Below are positions 54,669 to 64,000 of a DNA stretch of 64,000 nucleotides, piece after piece. The translations under genes were made by a program, and so were the position numbers. Under the pieces are notes generated by a model. It did not search any database and had not been told where the DNA came from. It was given only the letters and a program-made list of their open reading frames with translations. The first letter of the stretch is position 1; each line of letters begins with the position of its first letter. Source of the stretch: Octopus bimaculoides (taxonomy: Eukaryota); NCBI RefSeq assembly GCF_001194135.2, contig NC_068981.1, positions 25,947,864-26,011,863 of the forward strand, given 5' to 3'.

Positions 54669-55339
54669 ACATGTTAGAAATATTAAATATATTCTGAGCG
54701 ACGTGGAAATTCCGGAAGGTGTGTATAGATCAGGGAGGAAGTGCGGCTTAAAATGCTGCATATGTTGCATTGAGTGTAAGTATCATTACATCTAAAAAAT
54801 GACGAAAAATGATCTCAATACATGGAAAGATAGATGTACAACTATTTCAATGCAGAAATGTTATGTTCGCAAAGCATACACACAAATATGCATGTATGTG
54901 TGTGTAAACTAACACAAACACCCTCACACACCGAAACACACACTGACTTAAATACATATATGCACACACACATACACACACACACAAGTACATTATATAT
55001 TCTCGTAGTATGCCTTTATGCAGTAAATTTACCAGCTATTTTCGATTCAGCGTCCAGAACAATATTTTACACCTACAATCATGATGCGCTTGAGTCGTCT
55101 AATATCAGAATAATCACAAAATGAATTACTGATATTTCGAATGTATTTATTTCATGTTGTTACACGTCAAATTGTTTCCTTTTACAAGCGAAATAGCTCG
55201 GTAGATTCCAATAATTTCGTTTCTAAAGTTTGAAAAGAATTTATTCTGTATACAATTTGTTGTGTAAATGCTTAAGACGCACGTATTAAAAGCTTTTCAA
55301 ATATAAGTGATTTTGGTTTTTTGACAATTCCAATACACA

Positions 55340-55363
55340 TATACATACATACATACATAAATG

Positions 55364-55397
<34 letters not shown>

Positions 55398-55453
55398 TGT
55401 ATGTATGTATGTATCTATGTATGTATGCATGTATGTATGTATGTATGTATGCA

Positions 55454-55511
<58 letters not shown>
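55340..55511. repeat. Compound (ATGT)n/(GT)n/(AT)n microsatellite
   Basis: Direct reading. Confidence 0.95.
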
Positions 55512-55515
<4 letters not shown>

Positions 55516-55710
55516 CAAAGAAACAAAAGACGAAGACGGGTGTGTAAACAACAAACAGATGTATTAGTTTAACGCTCGGGAAGTGAGAAAGTCTTTTACG
55601 TTTCCAGCCTACGCTCTTCGACAGAAAGGAACACAGACATAAACAAGGAGAGAAAATAGGAAAAGGTTTAATGGCTAGCGATCGAGAGATCGCTAGCCAC
55701 TAAACCTTTT
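55512..55710 (-). mobile_element. Third copy of the Penelope-like pseudo-LTR end, with an inverted duplication at its truncation point
   Basis: Matches 3710-3900 in reverse; 55661-55710 is a 23-bp-arm hairpin with a 4-nt loop. Confidence 0.85.
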
Positions 55711-56231
55711 TACACAGTCACACAAAAACACACGCATACATATGCACAGGCATACACATAATCGTATATGTATGTGGGTATAGCCATAGAATCGCACTTT
55801 CTACAAAGTGCACCAGTTCAAAGATGTTTCTATACATTATATGATAAGCAATGTTAGGCTATATTTCTGCTGAAATTCAGAAACTGATATTCTCATAAAT
55901 AGTTACTTAATAATTTTCTATATTGGTGAGAAATTATTACACATAATTACACAATTAGTCGACAATGATAAAGGTGTTATGGACAATTTCTGTCACCTCT
56001 TTGATAAAATAATTACTACGTGAAACTCTTAGCGTGATCACTTGATGTGCTAAAAATAGCAGCCATATCTATCGCAAATAATACTGCATCATATTAAAAT
56101 CACATGGGTTAAATATAGTTCGGCGTACACATTTCGTGAAAGACATGAGAGGGTGGTCATTTCTATAATGTCAATTATCGATTGGCTGTAAAACGGCGAA
56201 CTACAAAACATTAACACTACTTCGAGTAAAT

Positions 56232-57065
56232 AACTACTCTCTTACATGCGTCACCTTTTTAATACTACTACCACTGCCACCACTTCTGCCTCCGCCGACA
56301 CATCTACTGCCACCTCCGCTGCCACCATTCATTACAGCCATTACGGCATTCCCCACCTCCGCCTCCACGGCCACTGCATTCGCCGCCAATACCACCACAC
56401 TATCCACCATAACCTCTACTTCCACCACCACTAACACCACCACCACCACCACCACCACCTCTCCTATCACTTCCACCACCGATTTCACTACAACTGCTAT
56501 TACCAATGCCGTTGTCACCACTACCACCATTAACACTGGCTCCACACCTAAACCACCTTCATCCTCAGAATTGTCATCTTCATCATCAAAACATACATCG
56601 TTTCTTTCTTCTTTTCTCCTCCTTCTCTATATGTTTGTCCACTCCATTTTCAAGAAGTCCTTCCTAAACATCATATCAATTCCGTCGCACGATTGGATAA
56701 TTACCACCGCCAATAAACATTACCTTCACTCTCAACACTATTTACTACAATTATTTTAATTATCGTTACTATATGCAAGCGTTCTACTATCGTCTCTGTT
56801 CTTCCCTTACTCCTACCCTTCAGCTTATTCTCACTCTCACTCATCTTTCTCCTCACCTTCCTCCTACTACCTCATAAGAGATGCACAACATTTACACTGC
56901 TTCAAACAGGAAGGGTGACAATTGGGAAGTCTTTCATGACACTTTTGTCGAGTGGGATAACGAGGCAATAATACCAGCTACTATTGCCCTTTCCCGGTCA
57001 ATTACCCTTACTCCTCCACCGATACTCCACGTATTCCCCCCTCCTGCTCCTCCTCCTCCTCCTCA

Positions 57066-57121
<56 letters not shown>

Positions 57122-57830
57122 GCTAACGTTGATGCGTTATCAACGAGTACAACCTGACCTCAGATGCACTCTTTACGTCATCAGTATTATCTTCATGATT
57201 CGAATCCCGCAGAGATCGAATTTACCTTTCATCGTTCTGGTATGGATAAATTAAAGAACTAATTGTAGATCAAGTGAACCATATCACTTCCCCAAATATG
57301 CACTGATCTTCAAAAATCAATATTATAGTAATGATCAGCATGACTGCTGTACCCACCACATCGGAGCGCTCTTTCCTGTAGCGACCACGACCATAAGAGT
57401 TGGCAGCATCACCATCGTCAGTATCATCATCCTCATCATCATCATCATCATCATCACCATCAACATCATCATCCTTATCATCATCGTCATCATCATCATC
57501 ATCATAGTCATCGTGCTCCTCCTATCATACTTTTTATTACCATGATGATCATCATCATCCTCATCATCATCATTGTCATAATCATCGTCCTCCACCTATC
57601 ATCGTTTCCATCCTCATCTTCGTCATCATTATCATCATCGTCGTTGTCGTCATCATCGTCGACGTCTTCGTCGTCGTCGTCGTTGTCGCAGTTATCATGA
57701 TCATATAATTTGCATTATAATCGCCCATCACCAACGCAACCACCATCACCACGACCACAACCATCACCAAATATACAATTGTTACTAACGTCACCACGAA
57801 AAGCACAGTCTCCCCGATCATCAATCTCAT
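56232..57830. repeat. Low-complexity block of degenerate trinucleotide repeats (CCA/ACT/CCT/CAT)n
   Basis: Direct reading; it explains the poly-Thr/Val/Met/Asp ORFs in the track. Confidence 0.9.
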
Positions 57831-58583
57831 CATTTTGTCTATAATTTTGAACGGGATTAATTAAATGAATGCACATGAAAGACAATGTGAGGCTGCTTTT
57901 ACAGTATGATGCAATAAATAAAACATGCTATGTCAAATTATTTATATATAGAAAGCCAATATAGCAAATAAAAACTTTCTGACTAATAAATATTTGTACA
58001 TCATCGGGAGTAAATTAAAAGAAACTAACGTTTTATAGTAATAACGTTTCGAACGCAGAGCTTGCACGTTCGCTGAAGGAGAATGCGTTTTAATGGATTT
58101 CAAAATTCAATTAGCGTATGAACCATAAACTTCTCGCATTAATTGCTGTCATTAATGATGTGGCGAAGAACAGGTGGCATACTGTCAGATTCATTAGAGT
58201 GTGGAACAAGATGCCTTCACGCTCTGAGTTCAAATTCGTCGAAATATTACCTTTCGTTATTACGGGATCAGTAAACTAAATCACACGTATATGCTGTGGC
58301 TGCTGCAGCTATTGATGCAGCAAAGAAAACAATGGCATATGAGCAGATTCATCAGAGTGTAGGGCAAAAGACATGGCAGTATTTGCTACGGATCTTTGCG
58401 TTTCGAATTTAAATGCCATTAAAGAAGTTAATTTTACCATACACCCTTTCGGAGGTCTTTAACATAAACTGCATAGCCAGAGAGTGAATTGGAATGACTA
58501 TCAGAACGTCAAACAAGTTTTTTCTGTACATTATTTACATTATTTACATTTGATGGGTATTTGTCCTCACCTTGTTTGCTTTT

Positions 58584-58629
58584 AACACAACGTTTCGGCT
58601 GATATACCCTCCAGACTTCATCAGGTTTC
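58584..58629 (-). ncRNA. Minimal type-I hammerhead ribozyme motif
   Basis: GAAAC-CUGAUGA-A-GUCUG(GAGGGUAUAU)CAGCC-GAAAC-GUU^GUGUU: complete catalytic core, 5-bp stem II (1 mismatch), 5-bp stem I (1 mismatch) and a loopless palindromic stem III (AACGUU). Confidence 0.75.
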
Positions 58630-58696
58630 TTGGGAAAATTTGAAACCTAGGTTCTCATTCCTAAGGTATTTTTCGATGTTGTTATTATTATTATTG

Positions 58697-59496
58697 TTCA
58701 GTAGTTTTATTTTTATAACGTGCTTTCACTTCACTACCGAGCGCAGCTCTGTGCGCCTTGGGTATGTGCTGAGGTTTGCTGTGATGCTCTTATGGTTACT
58801 GTATTGAAAGTGTTTTGCGTAGAATGTGTGCAGTGCCCAGTAGTGCAATTTTCTTTATGTTATATATATTTGTAAGTCCTAGTGTTTTTCTTATGTATTT
58901 GTCTGAATATTTTTTTATTATACCTAAGGCACCTACTATGATAGGAATTGTTTCTGTTTTTAGATTCCACATTCGNNNNNNNNNNNNNNNNNNNNNNNNN
59001 NNNNNNNNNNNNNNNNNNNNNNNNNNNNNNNNNNNNNNNNNNNNNNNNNNNNNNNNNNNNNNNNNNNNNNNNNNNNNNNNNNNNNNNNNNNNNNNNNNNN
59101 NNNNNNNNNNNNNNNNNNNNNNNNNNNNNNNNNNNNNNNNNNNNNNNNNNNNNNNNNNNNNNNNNNNNNNNNNNNNNNNNNNNNNNNNNNNNNNNNNNNN
59201 NNNNNNNNNNNNNNNNNNNNNNNNNNNNNNNNNNNNNNNNNNNNNNNNNNNNNNNNNNNNNNNNNNNNNNNNNNNNNNNNNNNNNNNNNNNNNNNNNNNN
59301 NNNNNNNNNNNNNNNNNNNNNNNNNNNNNNNNNNNNNNNNNNNNNNNNNNNNNNNNNNNNNNNNNNNNNNNNNNNNNNNNNNNNNNNNNNNNNNNNNNNN
59401 NNNNNNNNNNNNNNNNNNNNNNNNNNNNNNNNNNNNNNNNNNNNNNNNNNNNNNNNNNNNNNNNNNNNNNNNNNNNNNNNNNNNNNNNNNNNNNNN
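58697..59496 (-). mobile_element. 3' end of an R4/Dong-like restriction-like-endonuclease non-LTR retrotransposon inserted in (TAA)n
   Basis: Stop-free RMWNLKTETIPIIVGALGIIKK...KKIALLGTAHILRKTLSIQ* (58975-58796), a ~100-nt 3'UTR, and (TAA)n on both sides; the 5' part lies in the N gap. Confidence 0.8.
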
Positions 59497-59555
<59 letters not shown>

Positions 59556-59694
59556 TCACTGCCTAGAATCGAACTCGGAATCTTGGGGTTAAATTCTAAG
59601 ATCTCCGGCGAGTGTGTAGAATTTTCGTAGCTACCAACGTGGAGAAGTCTATAATATAACCGCAGTGGTTTAACAGAAAAATACTCATGTTTAA

Positions 59695-59835
59695 GTAATA
59701 TTCAAAGCCACTTTAACATGGCTGTCCGTTCGAGCGGATTCTACTACGATTTCTTAAATCCAAGAGGACAGGTTAAGAAATCAAAGTAGAGTCCGCTGAA
59801 ACGGACAACCATATTAAAGTGGCTACGAATATTAC
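59695..59835. repeat. Long imperfect palindrome (63-bp arms, 15-nt loop), probably a foldback MITE
   Basis: 54/63 ungapped identity between 59695-59757 and rc(59773-59835); weaker GCAGTRGTT similarity further out. Confidence 0.92.
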
Positions 59836-62254
59836 TGCTCAGTACAACTACTGCGTTGATCTCTGAGATATTTAGAACTAGCATTTTTGCATGTTACTCA
59901 AGTATACTCCAGCGAAAATTCCATGATGAGCACTAGATTTGTCATGTAGTTTATTTGATGATGTTAGTCAATGTCTTCTACTTCGTGTAGATGAAATTTT
60001 GTGAGGAAAGCATTGGTTGTCTTGATGTCACTATATGTGTTCATATGTATGCATATGTATTCATACATATATAAATATACATGTGCGTGCACACATACAT
60101 TTTGAGCTAGAAAAAAAAGAGATAAACAGACAGGCAGACAGATTGACAGACAGAGAGACAGACAGACAGATTGACAGATATATAGAGAGATAGATAGATA
60201 CATAGATATGTAATAATTACCACCAACGTGATATATTTATCCTTTGTGATCCAAAACGAAATGCATACTCTGAGAGATCAACTGAGCTACATTCTAAAAT
60301 GAATTCTTAAAAGAATGTGTACCTACGAAATTGGAAGGCATGTAATATAAGAGAGCATTATTGCAAGCATTGTTAATTTTAATTCAGTCAAAGTATTAGT
60401 GCAAGAATTGTTTCGTTTATACAACCGTGTTTTTTCACGTAAATGTTTATGTACATCAGAAAATTATAACATTTGATAGAAACCGAAAAAAAAAGAAAAA
60501 AGAAGAGAAAGAAAAAATCAGTGACATCCTTGTTACTCTCGTCGTCATAAATGCAATGACCCAATGATTAGCCGGTTGGAAACGAGTGACTAACCACTCA
60601 AATGTGAAGCAATGATAATATTGTACTGAGTAAAACTACGAAGATGAGATGAATCTTCATAATGCGGTCAGTTTAGGAATGTTGATGAGTCGTACATATA
60701 TTCAGAAAAAAATTTCCCTCTAAATAGAACCTGTATATTATATTTCAAATTTGAGAATCGTCATATCTCAAAGTATCACCAGATTTAACAGATTGTATCA
60801 CTATTTAAACGGAAGTATTAAGAACTTATCTTACTGAAATCTTTCTGTGGATTTGCAATGAGAGACGCTTCTTCTCAAAAATTTCTTTCTTGAATACCTC
60901 CACATTTATCTTCATAGGAATTTCATATTTTAATTCCAAAAGCAAAGTGTTTCTAATTGAAGAACACATATATATCGGTTGTAAATAAATCATTTTCATA
61001 CATCTTTCTACAAATTCCATGAACATAAAGCTAAAAGAACATCTTATATCAGATCCTGTAGCAGATAATTTTAACGGGGAAATTAGCAAATACTAAATTG
61101 CATTTATAAATTCTTCAACTGGAATCTGATATCTTATATTTATACACAGTTGAGTTTTGTAACCCCTTTCAATACACCCATAACAAACTTTATCCGGATA
61201 AAATCAACACACAAACACTCATTCATACACATATATAAAGATATATACGCCAACATATATACATATACATATGAGTTCAAATAGTATGAAATAATTAAGG
61301 ATTCTATTATATTATTTTATATATTGAATATTATGTAGCCAACATTTTTAGTACTAAACCGAAAATGACGTCATTATTATCACTAAATCAAAATTTATTG
61401 AAATAACGTACAAGCATTCATCTAAGAACGGATTACATTCATAGAAAGTTAAGAATTGATTGCAACACTACAAATCAACGAACAATTCGCCAATTCCCTG
61501 TAATTCTTTAATAAAATTATAGGCAAGAGCAACCGTTTCGTACTGATAGCTTATGGCTAATTAAACTGGCCATTAACTTTTGATCTTGCTCTGAACTCCG
61601 GCACGAGACATCATCCAGTCACTTATTTTAGAAGCATTAATGAGCATAAAGAATCTGTCTATTATATAATATATTTCTTACTGAGAGTATACACCTCATC
61701 AGCACATTGTGAAATTCGTTTCGAAAATTAATTTCTTCAGCTCACTTAAGACTGAGCCGAATATATTCATGTAGCCACTTATTTCCAAGCAATTGCCTGG
61801 TTAAATTTATTAACTTTGAAGATATATGGCGTTGTCCATCTCAGTTGGGGTACGTTTTATTAATGATACAATCAACCCCCAAATAAACAAAAAAGGGTTT
61901 ATGTATTATTTTTCTTAATTTTCTTGCATAAAATCTAATCCTGTTATTAATTAGCCAGGCAGATCTTTTTCTCGGTTTCATTGATTAGAGAATCGAAGTA
62001 AGTGGATACCTCAATCGGTCCTAACAATGTGTTATTGATTTGAACTTTATATATGGGCTCCATATAAACAATAATGAAGAGTTATTATTTTCTTCTTATC
62101 ACAATATGACGTTTGTCACGTATGGATTTCTGCACATTAGCAATAATGAATCTTTTTGAGATTAATTTAAAACTTAACAAATTATTGTCGTCTGCAATCT
62201 TTATAGCGTCTTCAAAATCCTCAAGAGCATCTGTCATTATGTATTCATTTAATG

Positions 62255-62612
62255 CAGTGGTTCTCAACTGGGATCTTTGGAGGTTCACGCAACAAAATAT
62301 AAACTGGGCATTCACAATAGTATTTTTGCATTTGATGTTTGTAATGGTATGTATTGCAATAGATAAGTTTCTTTCTCTAACATCTTACATAGTTCCACCT
62401 AAACAAGGGAATATGCGAAACACAAAATAGAATTTGGAAAGAAGTGTCTATAAAACTAGTTTTTAAACATTGAACGGCTATGGAGTCCACTAGAATAAAA
62501 TAGCAATCAAAGGGGGCCGCCAGAATAAAATAGTAATCAAAGAGGCTCTACCACCAGAGTACAATAGTAATCAAAGGCTCCATAGTTGATCTAAATAGAT
62601 TAAAGACCATAC
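62255..62612. mobile_element. Probable hAT-type MITE with three ~30-bp subterminal tandem repeats
   Basis: Left end CAGTGGTTCTCAAC (Charlie-like); AGAATAAAATAGTAATCAAAG-like unit three times at about 62490-62580; the right TIR is degenerate and no TSD is clear. Confidence 0.5.
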
Positions 62613-63759
62613 ATTTCTTCATAGTTTACTATAGCCGATAAGACATAATGGCATATTCCAAGATTACAATGTTTATAGAGCGTGAGTGTGCTGAGTGAAT
62701 CCGCCTAACGCATCAAAGAATCGGGCTTTAATGAAAACTGTGCAATGAACTAAGTCCCTACTCAATAACGGCTACTGACCGACGGAGACCCGCTCAATTC
62801 CCATCTGTCCAGTTGTACTCAGGAGACTTGAATTGCCTCCTGGTTCTGTTATCTTTTACTACAGATTTAATCGGACTTGAAGTGCAATCGTTACACTTAC
62901 TTTTTATTTTCTTTTTGATATGGTCAATTATTTAGAGCGTTTATCTTCCGTTCACACCTTTTCATCTTTATAAATGTTCATATTAATTATTATAGAAGTT
63001 GAAGGAAACCAGAATCAGTTACGAATTACCATTATTCTTTATTGTTTCTTTATAATTACATCGATGGCCTAACATTAAATTCATAACTGTGCTGATATAA
63101 TCATTTTTATTGGTTTCAGCCATCATGTTCAGTCCATGCTGGAGCGCTACCTTGTAAAGAAATTGAGTATCAAAAGTCTACATTTAATGCAGGTATATAA
63201 CATATCAATATTTTCTTTACAACCCTAGAAGCACATTAAGAAATGATAAGATAACTACTATATTTCAAGGATTATGATTTTGTTTACATTTACAATATAT
63301 ATACAGGAAATAGCCGATTTAATGGTTTAAGATATATTGCGATAAATAAACATGCTGTGCTGAGCGTGAGAAATATAAAAGAAATGTGAATACGTATATA
63401 TACACATACATACTTAAGAATACATGTGTATCCGTTTTAATCTTCATTAAACTAAGCAAATTTTATTCAGGTCATATGCTATCTGTTTTGATACGAATAA
63501 TATTTAAATCAATATTCCAAACTTAGAAATCTAGTATTAATCTTAATCAACATATCAGTTATTAGTATCTATTTTCATAGTTCGAAAATTAGTAGATATG
63601 AAAGATTTTAAATACATATTTAAAATCACGGATTTTTTTTTTTCTGTGCTAAGTCAGACCTGCTTCAGTAAAGGTATGTTCACTCTCTTTATTTTTGTAT
63701 CCAGGAGTTCACTGTCCAGTATATTCAACTTTATACAAAATGCTAATCACACCTTCATA

Positions 63760-64000
63760 CAGGGTGTGGTCCGAAAAAAATTTCTCTAGCTCGTCGAGCG
63801 ACAAAACTGGCTAATCTTGGCTCAGGTAATATGATGTTGAACTTGCAGATAATTCTTCTTTGGTTAAAACATTGCACATTTTTACATTGTCATTATCTGC
63901 ATGCAGTACATTTTCGCAGCTGAATTATACACGGATTAAAAATGCTTGACCTAAAAAATTACCTGGAAGGGACCGATGTGTTGTTTAACTCGATAATTAT
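63760..64000 (+). mobile_element. Possible left end of a Tc1/mariner-superfamily element running off the window
   Basis: TA|CAGGGTGTGGTCCGAAAAAAATT resembles TIR starts of this superfamily; no coding sequence is visible. Confidence 0.35.

Larger units (their letters stand above)
58527..59590 (-). mobile_element. tRNA-headed SINE-like element with internal (AAT)n, hammerhead ribozyme and 9-mer tandem tail; interrupted by a LINE insertion
   Basis: Minus strand order: B-box GAGTTCGATTC (59576-59566), (AAT)n, [insertion], (AAT)n, a second B-box-like GGTTTCAAATT, the HHR, then the tail (TGTAAATAA)n. That both halves belong to one element is inference. Confidence 0.6.

Noticed and set aside
4023-59630. 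Many long ORFs in the track (poly-X, poly-I/Y/N/L/H/T, CVCV, YIYI)
   Set aside because: They are produced by N gaps and microsatellites, not by coding sequence.
62490-62580. CRISPR-like array of ~30-bp repeats
   Set aside because: The units are adjacent with no unique spacers, lie inside a MITE, and the context is eukaryotic with no cas genes.

Overview
Eukaryotic, AT-rich, microsatellite-saturated draft-assembly DNA with eight N gaps (about 4069-4548, 14629-14638, 21252-21842, 31701-31850, 43318-43593, 44428-44578, 52128-52158, 58976-59496). The SINE families and repeat landscape look like an octopus (coleoid cephalopod) genome; this is inferred, not proven. The only host gene I can support is the first coding exon (minus strand, 12519-11505) of a two-pore-domain (K2P/TWiK-like) potassium channel. 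It encodes a ~220-aa disordered N-terminus with poly-Asp and a Cys string, TM1, the cap and pore helix 1, and ends at a phase-1 intron inside the TIG|YG selectivity filter. I found no next exon in 1-11504, so the gene probably continues past the left edge. The rest is intronic or upstream DNA filled with decayed mobile elements: a CR1/L2-like LINE, a long Penelope-like element (probably Naiad-type), further Penelope relics, mariner and maT (DD37D-like) transposase relics, hAT MITEs, two or three tRNA-derived SINE families and long foldback hairpins. The most interesting non-coding signal is a set of hammerhead-ribozyme (HHR)-like folds. One sits in a tRNA-headed SINE-like element whose internal (TAA)n tract has been hit by an R4/Dong-type retrotransposon. 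A three-copy Penelope-end family carries an HHR-like fold with a fixed non-canonical core (CUGUNGAA). No rRNA, true tRNA or CRISPR array was seen. Coordinates of decayed elements are approximate and were read by eye; no searches were run.
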